From the NCBI GenBank assembly GCA_963718585.1, contig OY970357.1:720001-752000 (forward strand): a stretch of DNA of 32,000 nt, written 5' to 3'. This document shows, piece after piece, positions 7,751 to 15,738 of this stretch. Both the position numbers and the translations under genes were made by a program. Position 1 is the stretch's first letter. Each line of letters begins with the position of its first letter. Source of the stretch: Candidatus Saccharimonadota bacterium. Lineage in GTDB: Bacteria; Patescibacteriota; Patescibacteriia; 2-12-FULL-60-25. Under the pieces are notes generated by a model. That model had not been told where the DNA came from and searched no databases. It saw only the letters and a program-made list of their open reading frames with translations.

Positions 7751-8533
7751 TTAGGCGGCCGGAGCTTCCGGGGCCGCGGGGGGTTCTTCTTTCGGAGTCT
7801 CTGCAGGTGTCTCTGCTTCTGCCGGGGCCTCTTCGGCCTGTGGCGCAGCTTCTTCCTTCGGAGCCTCTTCCTTCACCGGTTCTTCCTTCGGAACTTCGGC
7901 AGGTGCCGCCTCGGCAGGTGCCGGTGCAGCCTCTTCGGCCTTGGGAGCTTCCGCTACGGGAGCTTCTTCCTTCGGAGCTTCTGCAGCCGGGGCCTCTTCG
8001 GCCTGTGGCGCAGCTTCTTCCTTCGGAGCCGGTGCCGCTTCTTCGGGCTTGGCACCCTTCTCGGCCATGGCGTTCAACGCGCGGACGAGAGAGGACATCG
8101 GGCCAGCGATCACGCTGACGAGCATGCCCAGGAGTTCCTTCTTGCCCGGGAGTTTGGAGAGCTCGACGGCTTTGTCCTGGCCGATGATCTGCCCTTCAAA
8201 GACCCCGCCGACGAGCTTGAGCGTGGTGTCCTTGGTCATGTCGCCGAGGACCTTGGCCGGGGCGATCTCGTCCTCGAGGCCAAAGGCCACGGCGAGCATG
8301 CCCGGGAGCGACTTCGCGTCGAAGTCGATACCCGCGCCTTTGGCGGCCCGGGTGAGGAGCGACTTCTTTGCCACGATGTAATCCACGTTCGCCTCACGTG
8401 CTTTGGACCGGAGCCGATCCGCCTGGACCACGGTCAGACCCTGGTAGTCCGCGAACATCACGGACTTGGCCTGTTTGAACTCCTGTTCCAGCCGTTCAGT
8501 CGTCGCTTCTTTCTGCTGACGGGTTTTTGGCAT
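7751..8533 (-). CDS. rplJ: 50S ribosomal protein L10 with a ~100-aa Ala/Pro/Glu/Lys-rich C-terminal extension
   Basis: Start at ATG 8531-8533 (MPKTRQQKEATTERLEQEFKQAKSVMFADYQGLTVVQADRLRSKAREANVDYIVAKKSLL). The track ORF starts 71 codons upstream in non-L10 sequence. The L10 core ends near aa 160 (..SSLVRALNAMAEKG). Confidence 0.92.
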   Translation of the reverse strand: MPKTRQQKEATTERLEQEFKQAKSVMFADYQGLTVVQADRLRSKAREANVDYIVAKKSLLTRAAKGAGIDFDAKSLPGMLAVAFGLEDEIAPAKVLGDMTKDTTLKLVGGVFEGQIIGQDKAVELSKLPGKKELLGMLVSVIAGPMSSLVRALNAMAEKGAKPEEAAPAPKEEAAPQAEEAPAAEAPKEEAPVAEAPKAEEAAPAPAEAAPAEVPKEEPVKEEAPKEEAAPQAEEAPAEAETPAETPKEEPPAAPEAPAA

Positions 8534-8808
8534 ATGGAATATATTTATTGGGATCCATCGGATGGCGATGAGATGCGACGGGCTGGAGCGAGAGAGGTCC
8601 GAGGCGTACAAATGCGTACGACGAAGACATCTCGGAGCGAAGCCCGAGCAGGTCGCGCCATCATTGGATCCATATTCGACCTTTGTAAAAACACCCACCA
8701 TCTGTCCGACGTGGGTGTGGGCGCGACAGAGATCCATCGCGTTCACCGCCTCGGCAGGAAATTAAGCCCCTTTTTCGAGGCACCTGCTGTCTCAGGACAA
8801 TGAGTGTT
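8534..8808 (-). promoter_or_regulatory. Long (~275 nt) 5' leader of rplJ; candidate L10-type autoregulatory leader
   Basis: Non-coding stretch between the predicted promoter (8815-8843) and the rplJ start. It contains the attenuator-like hairpin at 8686-8718. Bacterial rplJ operons are classically regulated through a structured leader bound by L10(L12)n. Confidence 0.4.
8686..8718 (-). terminator. Attenuator-like hairpin plus U-run inside the rplJ leader
   Basis: Minus strand: ACACCCACgtcggacagatgGTGGGTGTttttac. 8-bp stem (8711-8718 / 8691-8698), 12-nt loop and a T-run, about 150 nt upstream of the rplJ ATG. Confidence 0.4.
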
Positions 8809-8814
8809 GACGAG

Positions 8815-8843
8815 AGATTACCCTCCCCTGGCCATACCGTCAA
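8815..8843 (-). promoter_or_regulatory. Candidate sigma70-type promoter for rplJ-rplL
   Basis: Minus strand: TTGACG (rc of 8838-8843), 17-nt spacer, TAATCT (rc of 8815-8820). Confidence 0.4.
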
Positions 8844-8848
8844 GCCCG

Positions 8849-8877
8849 TTGACGCTCTCGGATATTTGGCGTAAAAC
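8849..8877 (+). promoter_or_regulatory. Candidate promoter for the 8898 gene
   Basis: TTGACG (8849-8854), 17-nt spacer, TAAAAC (8872-8877). This predicts a short leader containing GGAGG (8888-8892). Confidence 0.35.
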
Positions 8878-8897
8878 CGATGGATCGGGAGGTGGAA

Positions 8898-9284
8898 ATG
8901 GACGCGAGCTGGAATCTCGAAGATGAACATTCAGAACCCCTGCACATCGCCTGGTTCGGCGCCTACGCGGGGCTAGGCATCGTCCTGTTCAGCGTGAGTC
9001 GGGTCTTTCTCCCGCTCGCGCTCCAATGCGCCGTCAGCGTGCTCGTCATGGGGATGGAGCCCTTTGTCAGTTCCTACATCAACACCGGCTCGCTGAAAAA
9101 CGCCCGTACGGTGCTTTCTTGGAAGTACGCCTTATACGAAACCGGCTTCGCCGCACTCCTCGCCGGTATCTGCTACGCGGGCGAGCACGGGATCGCAAAC
9201 CTCTTGGCGTTCCTCTCGCTCGCCACGCTCGGCCTCATCTTCTTCATGGCAAACGCCTTCACGCCGATCATTCGGCCGCGCTGA
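8898..9284 (+). CDS. Small multi-pass membrane protein, unknown function
   Basis: Start moved from 8880 to ATG 8898 because GGAGG (8888-8892) lies 5 nt upstream and the predicted -10 sits at 8872-8877. About four hydrophobic helices (IAWFGAYAGLGIVLFSV, LALQCAVSVLVMG, GFAALLAGICYAG, LLAFLSLATLGLIFFMA). Confidence 0.6.
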   Translation: MDASWNLEDEHSEPLHIAWFGAYAGLGIVLFSVSRVFLPLALQCAVSVLVMGMEPFVSSYINTGSLKNARTVLSWKYALYETGFAALLAGICYAGEHGIANLLAFLSLATLGLIFFMANAFTPIIRPR

Positions 9285-9289
9285 CTCCG

Positions 9290-9316
9290 CTGCTCCCGCT
9301 TGGGAGCAGTTTTTTA
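9290..9316 (+). terminator. Intrinsic terminator
   Basis: CTGCTCCCgcttGGGAGCAGtttttt immediately after the stop at 9284. Confidence 0.75.
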
Positions 9317-9787
9317 TTTCATCAGATCCTTCAGATCCTTCAGCACCTCATCTGCGTGATCCTTCGGCTTTACGTTCTCGTAGACCTTTGCGATCTTCCC
9401 CTTCGGATCGATGAGGAACGACGTACGCATGACGCCCATGTACTCGCGTCCCATGAACTTCTTTTTCCCCCACACGCCGTACGCCTTCACCACCTTCTTC
9501 TCCTCGTCCGCAAGGAGCGGGAATGGCAGATCGAATTTCTCCGCGAACTTCTTGTGACTCTTCACCGCGTCCGGACTCACGCCAAAGACCGCGATCTTGA
9601 GTTTCCGGAACCCGTTCCAATTATCACGGATCGTACAGGCTTCGGTCGTACATCCGGGCGTATCGTCCTTGGGATAGAAATAGAGAAGCATCCACTTTCC
9701 AGCGACGTCTTTGAGCGCATGTGTCTTTCCGTCCTGATCCGCGAGGGAGAATGAGGGGGCTTTCGTACCTTGTTTTGGGAGTGGCAT
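9314..9787 (-). CDS. bcp: Thiol peroxidase / peroxiredoxin, Bcp type
   Basis: 157 aa. KAPSFSLADQDGKTHALKDVAGKWMLLYFYPKDDTPGCTTEAC carries the PxxxTxxC peroxidatic Cys and a resolving Cys 5 residues later. Also FGVSPDAVKSHKKFAEKFDLPFPLLAD. Confidence 0.93.
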   Translation of the reverse strand: MPLPKQGTKAPSFSLADQDGKTHALKDVAGKWMLLYFYPKDDTPGCTTEACTIRDNWNGFRKLKIAVFGVSPDAVKSHKKFAEKFDLPFPLLADEEKKVVKAYGVWGKKKFMGREYMGVMRTSFLIDPKGKIAKVYENVKPKDHADEVLKDLKDLMK

Positions 9788-9791
9788 AGGT

Positions 9792-9820
9792 TTGACGGAT
9801 GATGGCTTGCGCCTTACGGT
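9792..9820 (+). promoter_or_regulatory. Candidate promoter for the 9857 gene
   Basis: TTGACG (9792-9797), 17-nt spacer, TACGGT (9815-9820). AGGAGG (9847-9852) lies 4 nt before the ATG. Confidence 0.4.
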
Positions 9821-9856
9821 TGGGCTTCAGCGTACCTTTCACGAGAAGGAGGCGCA

Positions 9857-10162
9857 ATGGCGCTGAGGATCACGATCGAACTCACGGATGAGCAGGAAGA
9901 ACTATATCGGTTCATCCAGCGAACTGCTCATGAACGTCGACCAGAGAGGATCATCAAAAACGCTTTGGCGTTCTACCTCCTCGTTGCGTCGGCGCAGATC
10001 AAAGATCTGGACGCCCGGTTCCTTGTTCGATTCGGAAGTGGAAATGAACAGGAATACGAAGATGCGCTCCTCGATCGCATCAGATCCGCAAGCCGCATCC
10101 GTGCAGTCGAGTCACCCCTCCAACCGGGTCCTGAAGATCCGACGGACCCCAGTGCCGCCTGA
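9857..10162 (+). CDS. Small hypothetical protein with a possible ribbon-helix-helix N-terminus
   Basis: 101 aa with a strong SD. MALRITIELTDEQEELYRFIQRTAHERRPERIIKNALAFYL fits a strand-helix-helix (CopG/Arc-like) pattern. A terminator follows. Confidence 0.55.
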   Translation: MALRITIELTDEQEELYRFIQRTAHERRPERIIKNALAFYLLVASAQIKDLDARFLVRFGSGNEQEYEDALLDRIRSASRIRAVESPLQPGPEDPTDPSAA

Positions 10163-10165
10163 ATC

Positions 10166-10204
10166 CCGCCTCTCTTCCCTTTGACCGATGAGGCGGTTTT
10201 TTTA
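10166..10204 (+). terminator. Intrinsic terminator
   Basis: CCGCCTC (10166-10172), 17-nt loop, GAGGCGG (10190-10196), then ttttttt. Confidence 0.65.
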
Positions 10205-10543
10205 TTTATCTGCGAACAACCCGTTCACGAACCAAGACACGAGCCAGTACACCAATGCACCGAAGAATGCGGCCGTGAAACTCGTGACATCGAACCCTTT
10301 GACGATCGAGGACGCGAGCCAAAACATGAGCGCGTTCACGATGAACGTGAATAAGCCGAGTGTCAGCAGATTCACCGGCAGCGTAAGCAGGAGGATGATC
10401 GGACGGATCAACGCATTGATCAAACCGATGATGAGCGCCGCGATGAAGGCGCTCCAGGCGTTCGCGATCTGAACACCCGGCACGAGCCAGGCCGCGACAT
10501 AGACCGACGCGGCGCTGATGACCCAACGGAGGATGAGATTCAT
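10202..10543 (-). CDS. Four-helix membrane protein of the phage-holin-4/DUF360 (YvlD-like) family
   Basis: 113 aa. MNLILRWVISAASVYVAAWLVPGVQI..AFIAALIIGLINALIRPIILLLTLPVNLLTLGLFTFIVNALMFWLASSIV matches my memory of PF04020-type proteins. Confidence 0.75.
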   Translation of the reverse strand: MNLILRWVISAASVYVAAWLVPGVQIANAWSAFIAALIIGLINALIRPIILLLTLPVNLLTLGLFTFIVNALMFWLASSIVKGFDVTSFTAAFFGALVYWLVSWFVNGLFADK

Positions 10544-10568
10544 ACAAAGAGGTAGTGAAATGAGTAAT

Positions 10569-10781
10569 TCATTCTGCGAATTTCTTTTTGATCTCTTTGA
10601 CCTTGTTCTCCGCCTGAGCCAGCCGCTGTTTCAGCGCATCCGCGATGACCATGGCGCGTTCAAATTTCTGCAGCCCTTGATCAAGATCCGCATCCCCGCG
10701 CTCGAACCACGCAGCGATCTCTTCAAGTTCTTTGAACCCTTTGGCGACGTCAACGGATCTTGTCTCTTTCTTTGGTGGCAT
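10569..10781 (-). CDS. xseB: Exodeoxyribonuclease VII small subunit
   Basis: 70 aa. FKELEEIAAWFERGDADLDQGLQKFERAMVIADALKQRLAQAENKVKEI is the typical XseB helical hairpin. The gene is adjacent to xseA. Confidence 0.9.
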   Translation of the reverse strand: MPPKKETRSVDVAKGFKELEEIAAWFERGDADLDQGLQKFERAMVIADALKQRLAQAENKVKEIKKKFAE

Positions 10782-10790
10782 AGGTGGAAT

Positions 10791-10854
10791 GTCATCCCGA
10801 CCAGAGTGGAGGGATCTTCCGATCGGAAGGTCTTTCGGCTCCGCTCAAGACGAC
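10791..10854. repeat. Convergent pair of GTCAT-family hairpin modules filling the xseA-xseB intercistronic gap
   Basis: gtcatcccgaccagagtggagggatcttc (10791-10819), cgatcg, then gaaggtctttcggctccgctcaagacgac (10826-10854, a degenerate inverted copy). The two arms match at about 18/29 positions as a palindrome. Confidence 0.7.
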
Positions 10855-10861
10855 ATGATCA

Positions 10862-12055
10862 TTATAGCAATTTCGGCTGTACGGCGTGTGTGCCGACACG
10901 GGTGATGGTCGCACCAGCGTCCCCATCCTGCAAGACGATGGTCGTCTCCTTCCCAGGACGCAGGGCGCGGATGGAGGTGAGACTTTTCCCGGTCGCATCT
11001 TTGACGATCGCATATCCGCGCGCAAGGACGCGCGTTGGATCGAGCGAAATCAAGAGTCGCAATGCGGACGTGAGCCGGTCAGACAGATGAGCGACCCACC
11101 GCTCCCCCGCCTCACGGGTGCGGATCTCGAGCGCTTCGAGTTCGGCGCGCCGGCCCGCGAGCCAGAGTCCAGGGGCGGTCAGGGCCCGCTCGATCAGCGC
11201 CTGCTGATCCGCCAGCCGCGTCAGAAAATCCGTCTCAATGGTCTCGGTCGTGCTGGCGAGTTCATAAATCACGTCCTTCCGGTCCGGAACGAGACGACGT
11301 GCGCAATCCGTCGGCGTCGAGCCGCGGACATCCGCTGCCTCTTCCGCAAAGGTCAGATCACGCTCATGTCCGATCGCCACGAGCGTCGGAATGCGCGATC
11401 CATGCACGGCGCGCGCGACCTGCTCATCATTGAAGGCCATGAGGTCTTCCAGCGATCCGCCACCGCGCGTGAGCACGAGCACGTCATAGTCCCCTTCTTG
11501 TGCGTGCGCGATCGCATTGACGATGTCGGCCGGCGCTTTCGCTCCCTGGACAAGTACGTGATACAGGTCGATCTCCAGACCGCCCCAGCGCTCGCTGACG
11601 ATGCGGATGAAATCGCCATACGCCGCACTCTCACGCGAAGCGACCAAGGCGATGCGCGTCGGAAACCGGGGCAACGGCCGTTTGCGCTCCGGATCGAACA
11701 ACCCCTCCTTCTCCAGCCGAGCGTGCAGAGCGGCAAGTGCTTTTTTCAACGCGCCCTCGCCGGCCAACTCGATGCGCTCCGCGCTGATGGAGAACTTTCC
11801 ATACTTCGGATAGATGCGCGGCATCCCGAACACGCGGACGCGCATGCCATCTTCGACCGGTACGTTGAGATTCCACACGGGTAAAAAGATGTTGAGCAAA
11901 CCCTTGTCGTCCTTCAGGTCGAACGAGACCCACTGCCCTTGCGAGACGCGATATCCCGAGACCTCGCCTTCGACGGCGAACACCTCTCCGCTCAATGTCT
12001 CGCGGAGGATCCCGTTGACGACTTCGATGAATTCAGAGACGTGCAAGACGCGCAT
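10862..12055 (-). CDS. xseA: Exodeoxyribonuclease VII large subunit
   Basis: 397 aa. N-terminal OB fold (VSEFIEVVNGILRETLSGEVFAVEGEVSGYRVSQGQWVSFDLKD), catalytic core (IALVASRESAAYGDFI.., VLVLTRGGGSLEDLMAFNDE, PTLVAIGHERD). Confidence 0.93.
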   Translation of the reverse strand: MRVLHVSEFIEVVNGILRETLSGEVFAVEGEVSGYRVSQGQWVSFDLKDDKGLLNIFLPVWNLNVPVEDGMRVRVFGMPRIYPKYGKFSISAERIELAGEGALKKALAALHARLEKEGLFDPERKRPLPRFPTRIALVASRESAAYGDFIRIVSERWGGLEIDLYHVLVQGAKAPADIVNAIAHAQEGDYDVLVLTRGGGSLEDLMAFNDEQVARAVHGSRIPTLVAIGHERDLTFAEEAADVRGSTPTDCARRLVPDRKDVIYELASTTETIETDFLTRLADQQALIERALTAPGLWLAGRRAELEALEIRTREAGERWVAHLSDRLTSALRLLISLDPTRVLARGYAIVKDATGKSLTSIRALRPGKETTIVLQDGDAGATITRVGTHAVQPKLL

Positions 12056-12059
12056 GGAA

Positions 12060-13850
12060 CTACTTTCTCAAAAGACCACCCCATTCAACAAGCGTAAAGC
12101 CGCGACGGACCGGCGTTGAGATCTGCGGAGCTGGAAGGATGATCGGCGCATGCAACTTCTGCCAATCCATGAAGATACGGATGACCGTGTCCGGAGGCGG
12201 GATGACGCGGAGCGGCGCGGCGGCAGACCAGGCAGACGTCAGGAAGGAGACGCGGTAATACGGCGCGCCGGTCATCTTCGGCACCCAGAAGTCGCGGAAC
12301 TCTTGAGACTCCTTCTCATTCAATCCGTATTGAGTAAGGATCGTCTTCAACGACACATCCACGTCCCCGTCTTTGATCACGAATCCGTCCTTCGGTGCGT
12401 CATATGCGACCCCGGTCCCCTCCCAGAACAGCGAGCCGTACGAGGATCCCTGATATTCCAGCGTCCCGTCCGGATGCGCGATCACGTTCCATCCCTGCGA
12501 CGGATACGTCGGTTCGCTCTTCGTCACATTGATGAACGGCGCGAGCAGAACGCTCACCGGTTCGGTCTTCGGCGGATACAGGTAGATGACAGGCTTGCCA
12601 CATTCCGTCATGGGCATGGCATCAACAGTCGTCATCCGAACCCAACGCCCGAATGCATCCTTCCAAAGCAGGATCGCGGCGGGATGACTGCGTATGAATT
12701 CGCTGAAAGACGGCTTCTTTCCGTCTTGAGTTGGGGCATACCATTGATCATACGCATTCTTCACCAGATCGTTGGTCGCTGGATCTTTTGGCGTATACAC
12801 AGGATCTCCATTCGGGGTCTTACCCGCGACATCGTAAGAAGATAAAGAACCGACATCCGCATCGCTTACGATATCCGAGCAACCCATCGCCCCACATCCT
12901 CCGATGGTTCGCGCGTTGTAGGACGTGCCTTCCGCCTCGGTGTAAGCCTGATCCCAAGAGATCGCCGGAACGATCCCGCCATTCCGAGTCTCGCCCGCTG
13001 AACGAGCTGGAACGGGTGAGGCGTATCGGACGAGCTGTCCGTCAGGCAGATAGCGGTAGACACAGCCACCCGTCGGCGCGTTTCCATCCTTTGACGGTAT
13101 GGCATAGAGCGTTCTCCCATCTTCAGTCAGACCGATCTTCAGGAGAAGATCGGTGTTTTGAGGTAGGAGATAAGCTCCCTTCGGATCCACGAAGCTCACA
13201 TTGAATCCGTTTCCTTCCCGTACAAGCTCCTTTCCATTCTGGAGCTTCAAGGTCGGTTCGCTATCCAATGAAGGAATATCAACAGCTGTCAGAGGTGTTG
13301 CGTTGAGCGTAAAAAAGACAGAGCTTGAAGGACTATACGCAGGCAAAACATATCCTTTACCGTGCGAAACGATGAACATCGTCTGACCATATCCTCCAGG
13401 AGCCGAAAGACCGGTAGCGATCAAATAGACCTCACCGCCCGTGAGCGGTCCACTCGAGACGGTACCCAGCTTCCACATCTCTTCTAACCATTCCGTGTTG
13501 TCGTCAGGAAAGACGGGCGGCGTCTGCTCTAAACCGAGCGTCGCTTTTTCCATCGACGTATCCGTCGTAAATGATGCGATGACATCCAGGGCGGAAGACG
13601 TTGTCATGCGGGTAGCAATGGGATCCCAAGCGATCTCTATGGTCGTAGTGGCCACAGCCTCATCTGGCGTAGTTGAGGTTGATGCAACAACCTCTGGAGC
13701 CGAAGAGGCCTCCTGCTGAGGGGCGACCGGTGTGGTTTTTGATGGTGCTGTTGTTGAAACGACCATCACATACACCCACAAAGCCACAAGACCGACGACG
13801 AATCCGCCGGCGAAGGCGAGCGGGAGGAACCAACGTTCAGGGAGTTTCAT
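12060..13850 (-). CDS. Membrane-anchored secreted protein, unknown function
   Basis: 596 aa with an N-terminal anchor (WFLPLAFAGGFVVGLVALWVYVMVV) and a Ser/Thr/Pro linker. The C-terminal ~190 aa (CGKPVIYLYPPKTEPVSV..SLFWEGTG..GLNEKESQEFRDFWVPKM..YYRVSF) resemble an uncharacterised conserved domain that I cannot name. The stop lies 4 nt before the xseA start. Confidence 0.75.
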   Translation of the reverse strand: MKLPERWFLPLAFAGGFVVGLVALWVYVMVVSTTAPSKTTPVAPQQEASSAPEVVASTSTTPDEAVATTTIEIAWDPIATRMTTSSALDVIASFTTDTSMEKATLGLEQTPPVFPDDNTEWLEEMWKLGTVSSGPLTGGEVYLIATGLSAPGGYGQTMFIVSHGKGYVLPAYSPSSSVFFTLNATPLTAVDIPSLDSEPTLKLQNGKELVREGNGFNVSFVDPKGAYLLPQNTDLLLKIGLTEDGRTLYAIPSKDGNAPTGGCVYRYLPDGQLVRYASPVPARSAGETRNGGIVPAISWDQAYTEAEGTSYNARTIGGCGAMGCSDIVSDADVGSLSSYDVAGKTPNGDPVYTPKDPATNDLVKNAYDQWYAPTQDGKKPSFSEFIRSHPAAILLWKDAFGRWVRMTTVDAMPMTECGKPVIYLYPPKTEPVSVLLAPFINVTKSEPTYPSQGWNVIAHPDGTLEYQGSSYGSLFWEGTGVAYDAPKDGFVIKDGDVDVSLKTILTQYGLNEKESQEFRDFWVPKMTGAPYYRVSFLTSAWSAAAPLRVIPPPDTVIRIFMDWQKLHAPIILPAPQISTPVRRGFTLVEWGGLLRK

Positions 13851-13866
13851 ATGGGTGGAGGATAGC

Positions 13867-15738
13867 TTATTTCGGGATGCTCAGCACGCCGGAGAGGATC
13901 TGCTCCTTCAGCGACGGGTCCGAGATGGACGCCAGCCGCTGGAGACGTGCCGTGCGTGCCGTGCCATTCACGAGTCGCGGATGGCTCTTGTCGATAGCGA
14001 TCGGATAAAGGAAGACCTGGGTCTGCGCCGGCTCGAACGCGAGTCCGACGACGAGTCCGTACTGCGTCTCCTTAGACCAGTCCTGATCAAAGATGAAATT
14101 CCCGAGCGAATACGCGATCGGATGGCCATGATAGACCTCGACCGACTGCATCCAGTGCGGATGCGCACCGATCACCGCATCCGCGCCATTGTCGATGAAC
14201 CAATGTGCGAGGCCGATCTGCGACATGGTCGGCGTGGTCGTATACTCCACGCCCCAGTGCATGAACACGATGACATGTCCGGCCTGCGCCCGTGCGTCCT
14301 TCAATGCCGCGAGCGCCGCGGTCTTGTCGAGGGCATTGTCCGTGACATTGAACCCGAGGACGGCAGCTTTTTGCCCGCGCGAGGTCAGGATCGCGAGTGC
14401 ATGCGTTGCGTCATCCTGCACCTCGTCGCCGAACGGCGTCACGCCCGCAGTGCGCAACGTCGCGAGCGAGACCGATGCCTGCACGCGCCCTTGATCGAGC
14501 GAATGGTTGTTCGCCTGCGACACGGCCGTAAATCCCATCTGCTTCAGCGCGGTCGCGACCGCCGGGTCGAACGCGAAGTCGATGGACTTCACCGGCGCGT
14601 GCCGCACCGTAGTCACCGGCCCTTCCAGATTCCCGACCACGATGTCCTGCCCTTCGAAGAATCGCCCTTCCTGTCCCTTGATGGCATCGAACAACGCCGC
14701 ATAATCCCCCTTCGCACGATCACGGACCGTCCGATCGAACATCAGGTCGCCTGTGAAGAGCGCAGTGAACGTCTGTTCTTTTTGGATCGGGCCAGGGGCG
14801 AATGACGCAAGCACATGGCTCGTGCCTTCGTATGTGACCTGCGCATTCAGGAGGCGGAGCGAATTCGTATGCGCCTGGATCGTGACGTCGCCCAGATCAA
14901 GCAGACGGGCGATCTTCAGCGTCACGCCCAACACGGACGGGAACCCGACCTCGGCGCGATCCGCCTCCAGATCCGACAACGATGAAACGACATCCTCGGA
15001 CAACAGGTCGTGAAGATCCGCGACACCAGCCGGAAGATAGTGTGAAAAATCGAGGGAAGAGACGAGGAGCGCATGCGGATCCGCGACAAGCCGTTCTGCG
15101 AGCGCACCGGCGAGCGACGCCCGATCTTCATCCGAAGCATCCGTCCGGATGATCACGGGAACGACCTTGGCATTCGGCCATACGCGATGCATGAATGGCA
15201 GAAGTCCCAGCACTCCATGCTCGGTCGCGAACGGTTTCGCATCATTCGACAACTTTGGTACGTCATTCAACAACGTCGCGACCTGCGATGGGACGTTCGG
15301 GACGCGACGACCATCGGGTAAAGAGAACCCGCGATCCGTTGTCGTGAAAACGGTATGCCCCTGCGCGAAATGATCCGGGGAAATAAGGTAGACCACAGAC
15401 GGCTCCGGCGTCGCCGACACGAGCGACGCGATCTCCCGCGCAGCAACGAGATGATGCGGGAGGAGGATCATACGCGTCCCCGGCGTCACGCTCCGATCCT
15501 CTTTTGCCGCAAACGCCTGATCGATCAGATCCTGAGATACGATCGTGTCCGGAATGTCCGCACCTGTTGGCGGTTCCTCCGGAAGATCAAATGACGTGCA
15601 TAATCCCCCCGCCTGACAGACGCCGACAAGGGCTGACGGAACGTTCGTCGCGGATCCAAGTGCAAAAACGCCGGCTCCCGCGCCGGCAAAGAGCCCGATG
15701 ATCGCGATCGATGCGATCAGGGTGCGGCGACGACCCAC
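13867..15738 (-). CDS. Anchored fusion protein: Memo/AmmeMemoRadiSam-B-like domain plus CapA-type metallophosphatase (PGA_cap) domain
   Basis: The C-terminal half has CapA motifs (FTGDLMFDRTVRD, VGNLEGPVT, SQANNHSLDQG, VIVFMHWGVEYTTTP, GADAVIGAHPHWMQSVE, SLGNFIFDQ). The N-terminal half has Memo-like motifs (MILLPHHLVAA, ISPDHF, ATEHGVLGLLPFM, SSLDFSHYLP). The start is uncertain. GTG 15738 gives VGRRRTLIASIAIIGLFAGAG. ATG 15807, preceded by GAGGA, would overlap the upstream gene by 91 nt. The track start is 15891. Confidence 0.75.
   Translation of the reverse strand: MGRRRTLIASIAIIGLFAGAGAGVFALGSATNVPSALVGVCQAGGLCTSFDLPEEPPTGADIPDTIVSQDLIDQAFAAKEDRSVTPGTRMILLPHHLVAAREIASLVSATPEPSVVYLISPDHFAQGHTVFTTTDRGFSLPDGRRVPNVPSQVATLLNDVPKLSNDAKPFATEHGVLGLLPFMHRVWPNAKVVPVIIRTDASDEDRASLAGALAERLVADPHALLVSSLDFSHYLPAGVADLHDLLSEDVVSSLSDLEADRAEVGFPSVLGVTLKIARLLDLGDVTIQAHTNSLRLLNAQVTYEGTSHVLASFAPGPIQKEQTFTALFTGDLMFDRTVRDRAKGDYAALFDAIKGQEGRFFEGQDIVVGNLEGPVTTVRHAPVKSIDFAFDPAVATALKQMGFTAVSQANNHSLDQGRVQASVSLATLRTAGVTPFGDEVQDDATHALAILTSRGQKAAVLGFNVTDNALDKTAALAALKDARAQAGHVIVFMHWGVEYTTTPTMSQIGLAHWFIDNGADAVIGAHPHWMQSVEVYHGHPIAYSLGNFIFDQDWSKETQYGLVVGLAFEPAQTQVFLYPIAIDKSHPRLVNGTARTARLQRLASISDPSLKEQILSGVLSIPK

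Noticed and set aside
7742-8803. 353-aa plus-strand ORF
   Set aside because: It is antisense to rplJ and its leader. The product is a Phe/Arg/Leu/Gly low-complexity mirror image of the Ala/Pro/Glu/Lys tail.
8880-8897. Track start codon ATG 8880 for the small membrane protein
   Set aside because: The predicted -10 (8872-8877) would put the TSS at or after this ATG. GGAGG at 8888-8892 serves ATG 8898 instead.
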